Origin: Candidatus Aenigmatarchaeota archaeon
Lineage (GTDB): Archaea > Aenigmatarchaeota > Aenigmatarchaeia > Aenigmatarchaeales > Aenigmatarchaeaceae
DNA length: 64,000 nucleotides
Direction of reading: 5' to 3'
Assembly: GCA_043814985.1 (NCBI GenBank)
Contig: JBDRJK010000014.1
Coordinates: forward strand, 34,369 to 98,368
Part shown: positions 1 through 10,039 of the stretch, piece by piece
Position numbering within the stretch: position 1 is the first letter of the stretch
Layout: the number at the start of each line of letters is the position of its first letter
Notes under the pieces: model-generated
What the model was told of the DNA's origin: nothing
Databases searched by the model: none
The model's input: only the letters and a program-made list of their open reading frames with translations
Position numbers and translations under genes: made by a program

Positions 1-171
1 TTCGTCCTTGAGATAATCTACAAGTCAAAAGCCAAGGTTGTAGAGGTTCCCATCACCTTCCACAAAAGAGAGGCAGGCGAATCTAAGGTTGGTTTTAATC
101 TAAAAGGTATTAAAGAGTTCTCAAGAATAATAATTTTAATATTTGAGCTGAGGCTGGGTGTGAATAAATGA
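1..171 (+). CDS. 3' fragment of a GT2 polyprenol-phosphate glycosyltransferase (Dpm1/ArnC-like); the gene starts upstream of the window
   Basis: Open frame runs from the window edge to TGA at 169-171. The tail ...ITFHKREAGESKVGFNLKG... resembles the conserved C-terminal R-x-GESK segment of Dpm1-like GT2 synthases. The stop overlaps the next start (ATGA). Confidence 0.4.
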   Translation, partial: FVLEIIYKSKAKVVEVPITFHKREAGESKVGFNLKGIKEFSRIIILIFELRLGVNK

Positions 172-1439
172 GAATAGGAATAATAGGTGGCGGTTTGACT
201 GGTTTGACAGCCGCGTTTATCCTGTCAAAAAAACATAAAGTCACTGTCCTTGAAAAGGAAGATTATCTTGGTGGCATGGCTTCGTCATACACAATCAATT
301 GGGATGGTAAAAAGTATCCCATAACAAAAACATACCATCACATTCTTGATGGCGACAAGACAACTGTTGGCATCATCAAAAAACTTGGTCTTTACAATAA
401 ATACAACAAGAAAAAAGTAAAACAAGGTTTTATCTATAAAAATAAAATAATGGGTTTTTCCACACCTTTGGAAATACTAAAATTTCCTATTCACTTTTCA
501 GACAAAATTAGACTGGTTAAATTTATTATTCTAGATTCGAAAAAGAAAAATTGGGACGACCTTGAGGGTTTAAACACAAAAAAATGGATAACAGAAAAGG
601 CAGGCAAGATTAACTATGATGTTTTTTTCAATCAGCTTGTTAGGAACAAGTTCCATGAGTCACCAGAGAAAATAGCGGCATCATGGTTCGGTACGCGCTT
701 CTTCAAGGAATCCTCATCCTTCCTTAAGAAATTTGGATGGTTAAGAGGAGGGGTTGTACAAATCATAAATAACTTTGAGAAAAACATTCGTAAAAATAAG
801 GGAAGAATAATTACCGGTTCTGAAGTGGTTTCAATTAGAAACAAGAGAATAACATATGTGAAGAATAAGAAAAGAAAAAAGATTCAATTTGATTTGATTG
901 TCAGTACTGTTCCGCCTGAAATATTCCTTAAGATTATGGACAAAGTACCAAAGGAATTGGAAAATTCCTTCAAAAAAATAAAATACCTCAGCTGTATATG
1001 TGCTACCATAGGGCTTAAGAAAAAAATGTTCGATCAGTACTGGTTGAACATACTAGACAAGCTACCTTTTGTGGTCCTGTTCAACCATACCGCATTGTAC
1101 GAGGATGCAGCACCGAAAGGAAAGTCAGTTTGTTATATTTTAACATATCTCAAGAGTAATGAGAAGCTCTGGAAGAAGTCTGAGAAGGAGATAAAAAAGA
1201 TTTATGTTGATGCAATCAAAAGAATAATACCTGATTTCGAAGAAAACATAGAATGGTTTAACATATTCAAAGTAAAAAATGCTGAGGCCGTCTACAAATT
1301 AGGTTTCAAAAACCCACCAACAAGCTATGACGGCATATATTTTGGAGGCATTTATAAAACCTATCCCAAAATAAGAAACATGGCTTCTGCCATGGAAGAG
1401 GGGATAAAGGTTGCCAATGAGATAGAGAGGACGGTTTAA
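168..1439 (+). CDS. FAD/NAD(P)-dependent oxidoreductase (amine-oxidase / CrtI-like family)
   Basis: 423 aa. N-terminal dinucleotide-binding motif MRIGIIGGGLTGLTAAFIL...VLEKEDYLGG. Length and layout are typical of the CrtI/protoporphyrinogen-oxidase-like flavoproteins. Confidence 0.6.
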   Translation: MRIGIIGGGLTGLTAAFILSKKHKVTVLEKEDYLGGMASSYTINWDGKKYPITKTYHHILDGDKTTVGIIKKLGLYNKYNKKKVKQGFIYKNKIMGFSTPLEILKFPIHFSDKIRLVKFIILDSKKKNWDDLEGLNTKKWITEKAGKINYDVFFNQLVRNKFHESPEKIAASWFGTRFFKESSSFLKKFGWLRGGVVQIINNFEKNIRKNKGRIITGSEVVSIRNKRITYVKNKKRKKIQFDLIVSTVPPEIFLKIMDKVPKELENSFKKIKYLSCICATIGLKKKMFDQYWLNILDKLPFVVLFNHTALYEDAAPKGKSVCYILTYLKSNEKLWKKSEKEIKKIYVDAIKRIIPDFEENIEWFNIFKVKNAEAVYKLGFKNPPTSYDGIYFGGIYKTYPKIRNMASAMEEGIKVANEIERTV

Positions 1440-2500
1440 TGTCTAAAGTAGCTTTTTTGAAACTGAATAAAGTCAGTAAAGAAGAGGTCAGGAAGACTGT
1501 CCACAAAGCAATGAAAATGGGAAACTGGAAAAAATACATAAAAGGCAAAAAAATCTTCGTAAAAATAAATGGAATTTCTGATCAAGTCGTTCCAGGCCAA
1601 TGCACATCACCATGGGTCATAGATGCTGTCCTAGAAAAATTAAAGGACACATATCCCAAAACAACCATTTTCATGGGCGATGCCAATCTTGCAGCATCAG
1701 AACAGTTGAACAAGGCAGCCAAACTTTGGGGTTTCTATGAGCTTGCCAATAAATATGATGCAAGATTTGTTAACCTCTCGGAGGAACCTTTGATAAAAAC
1801 AAAGTTTGGAGGCAAAGTCCTCAAGAAAACAGAAGTCCCGAAAATACTTTTAGATGTTGATAGAATTCTCAATATACCTGTTGCAAAGACGCATTGCCTC
1901 ACAACAATAACATGCTGCTTGAAGAACCACTGGGGTCTTCTTCCAAGGTTCAGGCACCAGTACCACCTAGTTGCTGATCAGGCAATACCTGACGTCAATA
2001 ATTTCTTCAGAAAAACAACCTTCAATGTCGTTGATTTCACAATAGGGATGGAAGGAAACGCACCAAGGACAGGCATATCTAAAATATTTAATTTAATTCT
2101 CGCTGGTCATGATAGAGTTGCAATAGATTACACTGTTGCAAGACACATGGGTTTTGATGCAGACAAAATAAAACACATCGAGCTGGCTGAAAAGATGGGT
2201 ATTGGTTCTAGAAAAAATATAAAAATTGCCGGTAGCAGATTTTTTGTTAACAAAGTAAAAGCACCAGAGCCAAACAAACAACCTATTTTCTTCTGGGAGA
2301 TGCATCTAAGAAAGATTCCAGTTGTCAAACCAATTCTTTTTGACACACCAATATTCCCCTGCCTATGCAACATAGCAACTTTTTACAACACTAAAATATG
2401 GTACAACAGGTTCGGTAGAAAATACATCAAGAAAATAATGAGAACCGCCTATGCTGAAGAATTCAGACCACTCTTTAAAAGAAACAACATAAAATATTAG
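1439..2500 (+). CDS. DUF362-family protein
   Basis: 353 aa. The N-terminal pattern MSKVAFLKLNK...EEVRKTVHKAM...KKIFVKINGIS matches the characteristic DUF362 start (kVaiv...v..al.......kpg.kVllKpN). Its start overlaps the previous stop by 1 nt. Confidence 0.45.
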   Translation: MSKVAFLKLNKVSKEEVRKTVHKAMKMGNWKKYIKGKKIFVKINGISDQVVPGQCTSPWVIDAVLEKLKDTYPKTTIFMGDANLAASEQLNKAAKLWGFYELANKYDARFVNLSEEPLIKTKFGGKVLKKTEVPKILLDVDRILNIPVAKTHCLTTITCCLKNHWGLLPRFRHQYHLVADQAIPDVNNFFRKTTFNVVDFTIGMEGNAPRTGISKIFNLILAGHDRVAIDYTVARHMGFDADKIKHIELAEKMGIGSRKNIKIAGSRFFVNKVKAPEPNKQPIFFWEMHLRKIPVVKPILFDTPIFPCLCNIATFYNTKIWYNRFGRKYIKKIMRTAYAEEFRPLFKRNNIKY

Positions 2501-2509
2501 TTGGATTAA

Positions 2510-3451
2510 ATGAAAATCTTTAAAATGAAAAACCTAATTATGTTCCTTGCGTTCTCAGTAATAATTTATTCTGTATTGATTGTTGCTGGCGACTACAACA
2601 AAATTGCAGACAAGTTCAAACTTTTTAATCTGTGGGTCATACCAGTTGTGATGCTTTTCGCGTGGGCGGATGACTTTATACGATTTTTAAAATGGGACTA
2701 CTTCCTAAAGAAAATAAAAATAAGAGTCGAAAAGAAAACATCATTCTTGATTTTCTTTTCTGGGCTTGCTATGTCCATAACACCCGGAAAGGTCGGAGAG
2801 GTTCTCAAGTCCTACCTCCTTAAGAAGACTGTCGGTGTGAAAATGAGGAAAAGTATAATGGTGGTAGTTTTTGAAAGACTAACAGATGTTTTGGCTCTCT
2901 CTATTTTGGCTCTATTGGGAGCATTCAGTTTTTTAAACAACCCTTATTTTATTTTTTTGATAGCATTTTTGATATTTACAATAACCCTAGCATTTGTTTT
3001 GCTTAGCAATAAAAAAGTTTTTTTCAAGTTTTCTAAAGTTCTCGTAAAAATACCAATTGTTAAAAAATATGTGAAGTACATTAATGATATTCACAAAACT
3101 TCACAGCAATTGCTGTCTCCCAAGGTTCTAGCAACAAGCACTCTAATGTCAGTTGCTTCTTGGTTTTTAGAATGCTTGGGTTTCTACATACTGTTGCACG
3201 CTTTAGGTGCACCATTGCCTATACTTACTGTAACCTTCATATTTTCTTTCTCCTCAATATTCGGTTCAATAATATTTTTACCTGGAGGTTTGGGTGCTGC
3301 AGAGAGCAGCTTTGTTGCCTTGCTCCTATTTTCAGGGTTAACAATAACAACAGCAACGCTTGCAACAATCCTAATCAGGCTAACCACGCTGTTTTGGGGC
3401 ATACTAATAGGCTTGGTGTGTTTGTCAATTCTCAGTAGGTGGAAAAAATGA
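2510..3451 (+). CDS. polytopic membrane protein, flippase-like (UPF0104 / lysyl-phosphatidylglycerol-synthase TM-region-like)
   Basis: 313 aa with about 8 predicted hydrophobic helices. A short basic loop sits between helix clusters and the C-terminal half is Gly/Ala-rich (FLPGGLGAAESSFVALLL), as in flippase-like domain proteins. Confidence 0.4.
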   Translation: MKIFKMKNLIMFLAFSVIIYSVLIVAGDYNKIADKFKLFNLWVIPVVMLFAWADDFIRFLKWDYFLKKIKIRVEKKTSFLIFFSGLAMSITPGKVGEVLKSYLLKKTVGVKMRKSIMVVVFERLTDVLALSILALLGAFSFLNNPYFIFLIAFLIFTITLAFVLLSNKKVFFKFSKVLVKIPIVKKYVKYINDIHKTSQQLLSPKVLATSTLMSVASWFLECLGFYILLHALGAPLPILTVTFIFSFSSIFGSIIFLPGGLGAAESSFVALLLFSGLTITTATLATILIRLTTLFWGILIGLVCLSILSRWKK

Positions 3452-4941
3452 AAGTATTGTTGATAAAACCACAGAGAACAATCCCGAACAATTTCAGAGG
3501 CGTTGGCAGAATTTTCCCTTCTGTTGGCTTGTGCTACATAGGGGCTGTCCTAGAGAAAAACGGTTATGATGTAAAGGTTCTGGATGCTGCAATAGAAGGT
3601 TGGAGAAAAATAAACCAGAGAAGCGACGGTCTGAAATACATAGGAATAGACTTCAATGAGATTGGAAAAAGAATAAAGAAAGAGAAGCCTGACATTGTCG
3701 GGATAACTACTTTGTCTGTTGATGCTATCAGTGCAAGGCAAATAGCTCGAACAGTCAAGAATGTTGATAGCAACATAAAGGTCATGATGGGAGGCTGTCA
3801 TGTTTCTGTGACACCGTTTAAGACAATAGCTGACAAGAATGTTGACTTTGTGGTTGTCGGTGAAGGTGAATACACTACCTTGGATTTGGTAAAGACTCTT
3901 GATGAGGACAAAGAATTGTATAATGTAAAAGGTCTGATATACAGGGACAAAGACAAGGTAATTAAGAACAGACCAAGGGAATACATAAAGAATCTAGATG
4001 AGCTGCCCTTTCCTGCGTGGCATCTTACAAACATGAAAGAGTTCTTCAAGCTAACAAAATACCTGCAGGGTTCACATCTTACACCTGAACGCCACCTCAG
4101 CATAATAACCTCAAGAAGCTGCCCTTATGGTTGCATTTTCTGCTCTGTGAGATCTATAATGGGAAGGGGTTTCAGGCCCAGGAGCCCTGAGAACGTTGTT
4201 GCAGAAATGGAATACATGGTAAACAAATATAAGATAAAACTTTTCAGCGTAGAGGATGACAATCTAACATTTGACAAGAAAAGGGCTGAGAAGATATTTG
4301 ACTTGATGATTGAAAAGAGGTTGAACAATAAAATAACATGGGACACGCCAAACGGTGTCAGGGCTGATACGCTTGATGAGAATCTTCTTGGAAAGATGAA
4401 GAAGTCTGGTGCCGTGCACATATTTGTCAGCCCTGAGAGTGGCAGCCAGAGAGTGGTGAAAGATATAATAGGAAAGAAACTTGATCTTGGTACAGTTGAG
4501 AACGCTGTTAGAATCTGCAAAGATATAGGCTTGAAGATAAGCTGCTATTTCATTGTTGGCTTGCCTGGGGAAACCAAAGAAGACTTGGAAAAAACTGTTG
4601 CGTTTGCAAGCAAGATGAGAGAATTTGGAGCCATTACCTTATGCGCTATGGCACGGCCCACCTTTGGTACTGAGTTGTACGATTTGTCAAAGAAGAAAGG
4701 TTACCTTATGGTTGATGGTGAAGAGTTGGAAAGAAGCCTAGTTCAATTTGAGAAACGAGGAGCCCTGAAAACTCCCGAGTTCACTCCTGAAGAATTAGAT
4801 GAATACGCAAAAAGAATAAGAGCTGGCAACGAGTCAGACGAGATGAAGCAAATAATAAAAACAAAACCTTTCCACGCTTTCAAGCTTTTCACACTTCATC
4901 CAAAAATAATATCAAACTATCTTTTGAAGAACAAGTCATAG
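3439..4941 (+). CDS. B12-binding radical SAM protein (paralog 1 of 7)
   Basis: 500 aa. N-terminal Rossmann-like B12-binding region (KVLLIKPQ...GLCYIGAVLEKNGYDVKVLD). Radical SAM cluster motif SRSCPYGCIFCSV (Cx3Cx2C) lies about 215 aa in. Overlaps the upstream gene by 13 nt. Confidence 0.75.
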   Translation: MEKMKVLLIKPQRTIPNNFRGVGRIFPSVGLCYIGAVLEKNGYDVKVLDAAIEGWRKINQRSDGLKYIGIDFNEIGKRIKKEKPDIVGITTLSVDAISARQIARTVKNVDSNIKVMMGGCHVSVTPFKTIADKNVDFVVVGEGEYTTLDLVKTLDEDKELYNVKGLIYRDKDKVIKNRPREYIKNLDELPFPAWHLTNMKEFFKLTKYLQGSHLTPERHLSIITSRSCPYGCIFCSVRSIMGRGFRPRSPENVVAEMEYMVNKYKIKLFSVEDDNLTFDKKRAEKIFDLMIEKRLNNKITWDTPNGVRADTLDENLLGKMKKSGAVHIFVSPESGSQRVVKDIIGKKLDLGTVENAVRICKDIGLKISCYFIVGLPGETKEDLEKTVAFASKMREFGAITLCAMARPTFGTELYDLSKKKGYLMVDGEELERSLVQFEKRGALKTPEFTPEELDEYAKRIRAGNESDEMKQIIKTKPFHAFKLFTLHPKIISNYLLKNKS

Positions 4942-4946
4942 AAATT

Positions 4947-6545
4947 CTAATTCAATCTCGCCTTGAAGAATACGAAAAGCATATCAAAGCCTCGCAAGTG
5001 TTCGTATATGTTTATTCTTTGCTCTATCAGCTCAAGGTTTTCTTTGCCGTCACCAAGACGGTCAACCCAGATATTTTCCTTTAACACATCCACTTCTCTC
5101 CCTTCAAGATAAGCATCAGCAACACTCTGGTTGAAAAGAGAATTCTCTACCCATATAGTAACATTCTCGCTTTTCATGTAGCTAACAACATTTTTATTTT
5201 CTAGAGCTTCTATTGCTTTGAAATTGACGACGCCGTCAATATTCACAACCTTTCTTTCACTGAAATAAATGTAGATGCCTGAATTGAAAGAGCCAACTAT
5301 AGTTGAAGGCGTTGTGTTCCCTTTAATCCATAGGGCATCTTCGTACATCTCGCTTTGCCAGTTATAGTAGCCCTTATCCCACTGCCTAATCCCGTTGTTA
5401 ACCAGAAGTAAAATAAAAAGCACAAAAATTGCAGCCATCAGCACATCATTTTTCTTTATTTTTTTAACAAGATTGTAAAAGCCATAGGATGCCATCATGA
5501 TTATCATCGGCATTATCGGTGTAAGGTACCTTATCTGAACGCCCCAGAAGTAGATGTTATAGAATGAGAGAAGAAGCAATGCGTACAAAATAAAAACATT
5601 CAATCTCTTGAAGCTGCTTAGAGAATACAAAAGTGTTACTGACACAAACAAGGATATTATGATTGTTATGAAGTTTGAATTAAAGTCAATTACCCCGAAC
5701 TGGTGAGCCACTGCACCGGCAGATCTTACAATATTTTCTGTAATCATGCTAAGAGAATCTGAAATGCTTTCTGGCGCCACTGTATTAAGAAAAGGAAATA
5801 TCCCATGCCCCATGTTGTATTTTGCAACAGCGCTGCTCTGGACAATGGAACCAAAGGTGGCATAGTTCCATAGAAACCACGGTGAAACAACAAGACCTGC
5901 CACAATGACTACTAAGGCACCTCTTTTGATACCGGTGATTAATTTCTTCTTGCTTTTCCAGAGCATGTCCGCAAGTATTGCCATTAGCAAGAATATTCCA
6001 TCCAATCTAGACAAGAGAGTCAAGCCTATCAGTGCACCCAAGACTATCAAATTCTTATTCTTCATTTTTTTGTCTAGGTTGCAATAGTAAAAAAGAGTCG
6101 TGATTACAAGAAAGACGTACAGAACCATCTCTATGCCATTCAAACTCTGGAACATTATGAAAGGATTAAGACCATATAATGCAGCGCTCATGAGTCCAAT
6201 CTTTTTACCAAATAACTTTTCAGATAATTTGAACAACATGAAGACTGTCAGTGTATCAAGAATAGTTGCTATTGTCAATATTATGTTGACTGCAAGTTGT
6301 AGATTATCAGTCATCAAGAAAACAGGAGCTAGAATCACTCCCCACAGAGGCTGGAAACCGTTTGTAACATCCGCGCCGTTGTAGGTCACACCATTTCCCA
6401 GAGCTATGTTTCTTGCAACAGAAATGACATAGAAGGAATCGTCCAGGACAATCTTTTCTATGAGTTCAGGAACTTCCTGCCATGATATTGCAAGTCTTAT
6501 TAGAAAGGACAGAAGAATTATGATTACCAGCAATTTCTTCTTCAT
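4947..6545 (-). CDS. GT-C fold membrane glycosyltransferase (GT39 / ArnT / PMT-like, polyprenol-phosphate-sugar dependent)
   Basis: 532 aa with more than 10 hydrophobic helices. An acidic DD motif sits in the first extracytoplasmic loop (VLDDSFYVISVARNIALGNG). The C-terminal soluble domain is typical of ArnT/PMT-like enzymes. Confidence 0.5.
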   Translation of the reverse strand: MKKKLLVIIILLSFLIRLAISWQEVPELIEKIVLDDSFYVISVARNIALGNGVTYNGADVTNGFQPLWGVILAPVFLMTDNLQLAVNIILTIATILDTLTVFMLFKLSEKLFGKKIGLMSAALYGLNPFIMFQSLNGIEMVLYVFLVITTLFYYCNLDKKMKNKNLIVLGALIGLTLLSRLDGIFLLMAILADMLWKSKKKLITGIKRGALVVIVAGLVVSPWFLWNYATFGSIVQSSAVAKYNMGHGIFPFLNTVAPESISDSLSMITENIVRSAGAVAHQFGVIDFNSNFITIIISLFVSVTLLYSLSSFKRLNVFILYALLLLSFYNIYFWGVQIRYLTPIMPMIIMMASYGFYNLVKKIKKNDVLMAAIFVLFILLLVNNGIRQWDKGYYNWQSEMYEDALWIKGNTTPSTIVGSFNSGIYIYFSERKVVNIDGVVNFKAIEALENKNVVSYMKSENVTIWVENSLFNQSVADAYLEGREVDVLKENIWVDRLGDGKENLELIEQRINIYEHLRGFDMLFVFFKARLN

Positions 6546-6597
6546 ACTATTTTATTTACAGAATAATGTTTAAATAAGTCGTGAAGGAACTATAAAA
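6546..6597. promoter_or_regulatory. divergent promoter region between the GT-C gene (-) and B12-rSAM paralog 2 (+)
   Basis: 52-bp AT-rich spacer containing tttaaata and ctataaaaatg TATA-like elements. Confidence 0.25.
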
Positions 6598-7920
6598 ATG
6601 GAAATTCTCCTTGTAATGCCTAAAAACCCTGTTTTTGCAGGTTCCAATACTTTGCCTGTTGGTATGGCTTATCTTGCGTCTTCTTTAGAGAAGGAAGGGC
6701 ATGAGGTTGAATGCCTGGATTTCAGGGTTGAGCAAAACAAAAACATGAGAAATGTTGTCAAAGACTTTGATTTGATCGGCATATCGTCTTGCACACCCAG
6801 CATAAGGGAGGCATGGAAGCTTGCATCAATAGCAAAGAGATATGGAAAGCCTGTTGTGTTAGGCGGACCACACCCCTCAGCTTTGCCCATAGAATCATTG
6901 AAAAATAAATCTGTTGACATTATTGTCAGAGGCGAAGGCGAGGAGACTTTCAAGGAAATATGTAATGGAAAAAAGAAGAAAGACATTTTGGGCATATCCT
7001 ACAAGAAAGGCAAGAGAATAGTTCACAACCCAAACAGGCCTTTCATAAAAGACTTGGATTCACTTCCTTTCCCAGCCAGGCATCTTTTCAAGTTCAGGGA
7101 ATACCGCTCAGAATTCCACAGGCATAATGTTGTTGGAGATATACTGACAAGCAGAGGCTGTCCATTCAATTGTAATTTCTGTTACAAGGCTGTTTTCGGC
7201 AGGCAATACAGGGTCAGGTCTGCCAAGAACGTGGTAAGGGAATGGAAGGATATTATCAACATGGGTTACGAGGAAATAGGAATAATAGACGACAACTTTT
7301 CCGTGGACCAGAAAAGGGCAATTGATATTTGCAATATGATAACAAAACAAAAGCTGAATGTTGACTGGACTGCGACAAACGGTCTTAGGGTTGACAGCGT
7401 GTCTGCAGATTTGTTCAAAGCAATGAAAAAAAGCGGCTGTTACAGGATAGCATTGGGCGTTGAATCAGGATCCCAATACATCCTTGACAAGATAGGCAAG
7501 TGCACTAACTTGAAATTAATAAGAAACGCTGTGAAGCTGGCCAAGAAATTCAATTTTGAAACTTACCTCTTCTTCATGATTGGCAATCTCTATGAGACTG
7601 AGGAGACTGTCAGGAAAACAATTGAATTTGCAAAGGAGTTGGAAGGTGATTATACCCAGTTCACAGTGGCAACCCCATACCCAGGAACTCGCATGTATGA
7701 CATAATAAAGAAAGAGGGGGAGTTCCTTGTGAATGACTGGGAAAAATTCGGGTCTTATGAGAACAGGGCATATTTCGAGCACGGCGGAATAAATGCGGGT
7801 TTCGTGGAAAAGATGTACAAGAAGGCCTACAGGGAATATTACTTAAGACCGAGAATAATGTGGAAATACCTCAAGAAGCACAATTTTGGCATTTTGAAGG
7901 GATTGAGGTTTTTAAAATAG
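6598..7920 (+). CDS. B12-binding radical SAM protein (paralog 2)
   Basis: 440 aa. N-terminal B12-binding-like region (MEILLVMPKNP...GMAYLASSLEKEGHEVECLD). Motif SRGCPFNCNFCYK. Confidence 0.75.
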   Translation: MEILLVMPKNPVFAGSNTLPVGMAYLASSLEKEGHEVECLDFRVEQNKNMRNVVKDFDLIGISSCTPSIREAWKLASIAKRYGKPVVLGGPHPSALPIESLKNKSVDIIVRGEGEETFKEICNGKKKKDILGISYKKGKRIVHNPNRPFIKDLDSLPFPARHLFKFREYRSEFHRHNVVGDILTSRGCPFNCNFCYKAVFGRQYRVRSAKNVVREWKDIINMGYEEIGIIDDNFSVDQKRAIDICNMITKQKLNVDWTATNGLRVDSVSADLFKAMKKSGCYRIALGVESGSQYILDKIGKCTNLKLIRNAVKLAKKFNFETYLFFMIGNLYETEETVRKTIEFAKELEGDYTQFTVATPYPGTRMYDIIKKEGEFLVNDWEKFGSYENRAYFEHGGINAGFVEKMYKKAYREYYLRPRIMWKYLKKHNFGILKGLRFLK

Positions 7921-7921
7921 A

Positions 7922-9313
7922 GTGATAAAAATGAAAATAGCTTTGGTGCAACCGAATTACAACATACAAAGAATGACAGGTGCTTGGGCTGTCAATCCTC
8001 CAATTGGTCTGGCCTATATTGCTGCGGTGTTGATAGAAAATGATTTTGATGTTGAGATAATTGATGCCAATGCCTTGAATCTCAATACCAAACAGACTGC
8101 TAGAAAGCTAAAAAACTTTGACATTGTTGGTTTTAGTTTAATGACTCCTGCCCACAAATTTGCTGTTGACCTTGTTAAGAGTCCGATTCTCAGAAGAAAG
8201 CTAAAGATAGCAGGTGGCCCTCATGCTACGGGTTTTCCTGATGAGTTGCTTAGGGCCGGGTTTGACATAGCTGTGAGAGGAGAAGGCGAACAAACCATGC
8301 TTGAAATTGTCCAAGGTAAAAAACTAAGCAAAATAAAAGGAATATCCTATAGGAAAGGTAGGAAAATAGTTCATAATCCTGATAGAGAACCATCCGATCC
8401 GAATAAAATTCCATTTCCAGCAAGAGACCTCCTTCCATCCAGAGGAGTTGACCAACCATATGTTTCCGCAGTAACCCAGTACAGACCTTGGTCCCCTATA
8501 ATCACAAGCAGGGGCTGCCCGTTTAACTGCAATTTCTGCAACAAGAAAATATTTGGTTATGCCTTTAGGGCGAGGACACCTGAGAATGTTGTTAATGAGA
8601 TAAAACTGCTTGTTAACAAGTATGGTGTTAAGGAAATAGACATCTATGATGACTGTTTTAATTTTGATTTGGAAAGGGCTGAAAAAATACTTGATCTCAT
8701 AATCAAGCGGAAAATCAAAGTGAAAATAAGATGCTCCAATGGACTGAGAGCTGACAGGGTTAATGAGAGGTTCCTGAAAAAACTGAAAAAAGCCGGTTGC
8801 ATTTACATAGCCTATGGCATAGAAACAGGAAATCAGCGTGTTTTGGAAAGAATACCAAAAATGGAGACACTCGATCAGATAAGAAAGGCTGTTGTCCTTA
8901 CAAAGAAAATGGGAATCACTGTCTGCGGCTTCTTCGTGTTTGGGTTATTGGGAGATACCAAGGAAACTATGCAGCAGACCATTGATTTTGCAAAGGAACT
9001 GCCACTTGATTTGGGTAGTTTTAACATAGCGACTCCGTATCCAGGGACTAGGCTTTATGACATAGTGAAGAAAGAGGGCAAGTTTTTAATGAGTGATTGG
9101 GATATATTCCACCACACAAGCGGTAAGATGATTTTTACACATCCTGATGTCGCACCACCAGAAGAAGTGGAGGATGCTTACAGAAGAGCACACAGGGAAT
9201 TCTACATGCGTCCAACATATGTATTGAACAAGTTCCTAAAAATCAGAGGCCTTAAGGATGTAAGAATTATGTGGAGAGGTGTGAGGGGCATAATCAAGGT
9301 TCATTCCACTTAA
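7922..9313 (+). CDS. B12-binding radical SAM protein (paralog 3)
   Basis: 463 aa. Motif SRGCPFNCNFCNK. It is clearly similar to paralog 2 along its length and starts 2 nt after the paralog 2 stop. Confidence 0.75.
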   Translation: MIKMKIALVQPNYNIQRMTGAWAVNPPIGLAYIAAVLIENDFDVEIIDANALNLNTKQTARKLKNFDIVGFSLMTPAHKFAVDLVKSPILRRKLKIAGGPHATGFPDELLRAGFDIAVRGEGEQTMLEIVQGKKLSKIKGISYRKGRKIVHNPDREPSDPNKIPFPARDLLPSRGVDQPYVSAVTQYRPWSPIITSRGCPFNCNFCNKKIFGYAFRARTPENVVNEIKLLVNKYGVKEIDIYDDCFNFDLERAEKILDLIIKRKIKVKIRCSNGLRADRVNERFLKKLKKAGCIYIAYGIETGNQRVLERIPKMETLDQIRKAVVLTKKMGITVCGFFVFGLLGDTKETMQQTIDFAKELPLDLGSFNIATPYPGTRLYDIVKKEGKFLMSDWDIFHHTSGKMIFTHPDVAPPEEVEDAYRRAHREFYMRPTYVLNKFLKIRGLKDVRIMWRGVRGIIKVHST

Positions 9314-9352
9314 AATATCAACTTATTTAAAATCTAGGGAAATAAGATTTTT

Positions 9353-10039
9353 ATGAATAAAGATAGAGAGTTATATGACAGAATGGTTGAAGAATCGCCA
9401 ACAGGTTACCAGTATATCTATTCAAAAGAGACTTTGAAACTGCTGAATAAAATAATACCAAAAAATGTTAAAATTCTCGATGTTGGTTGTGGAACGGGTC
9501 ACATACCTAAAAATCTCAAAAAAAGGAAATGGTATGGTGTGGATATTTCCCCGAAAAGCTTGGAAACAGTAAAAAGGGAAAAAATCTATAAGGAAGTTAA
9601 ATTATCTGACATAACAAAAAAAATACCATACCCAAAAAATTATTTTGATGTTGTTTTTGCTCTAGGAATTTTTCATCACATTCCAGACAATATAAGAGAG
9701 TCCTTAAGAGAAATAAGAAAAGTCTTAAAAAAAGACGGCATTCTCATAGTCGTAGACCATAACCATAATAATTTAATGATAAGAAAAGCGCATGAAGGCA
9801 TATTGAAAATAGTACCATGTGAAAACGAGAGAACTGTAGATGAAAAATATTTAATGAATATAATGATTGAAGAGGGATTCACATCTACAAATGATGTTAA
9901 GTATATTAACATAAGAGGCGTGCAACAAGCTTTAACGCCCCCCCTCTGGAAAAAAATCTTTAAATGCCCGGTTTTGTATTTGTTAGGGTTAGTATCATTT
10001 CAACCAACCGACTATATGTTTAAAGTGAGAAAAAAATGA
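9353..10039 (+). CDS. class I SAM-dependent methyltransferase
   Basis: 228 aa. Motif I ILDVGCGTGH, an acidic residue after beta2 (YGVDIS) and motif-II-like DVVFALG. Confidence 0.65.
   Translation: MNKDRELYDRMVEESPTGYQYIYSKETLKLLNKIIPKNVKILDVGCGTGHIPKNLKKRKWYGVDISPKSLETVKREKIYKEVKLSDITKKIPYPKNYFDVVFALGIFHHIPDNIRESLREIRKVLKKDGILIVVDHNHNNLMIRKAHEGILKIVPCENERTVDEKYLMNIMIEEGFTSTNDVKYINIRGVQQALTPPLWKKIFKCPVLYLLGLVSFQPTDYMFKVRKK

Noticed and set aside
632-844. Many short (60-130 aa) ORFs on the opposite strand of large genes throughout the window (e.g. 632-844, 3564-3785, 4125-4520, 57520-58323)
   Set aside because: All are nested in, and antisense to, long ORFs with clear homology. AT-rich coding sequence generates such frames by chance. 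None has recognisable motifs.
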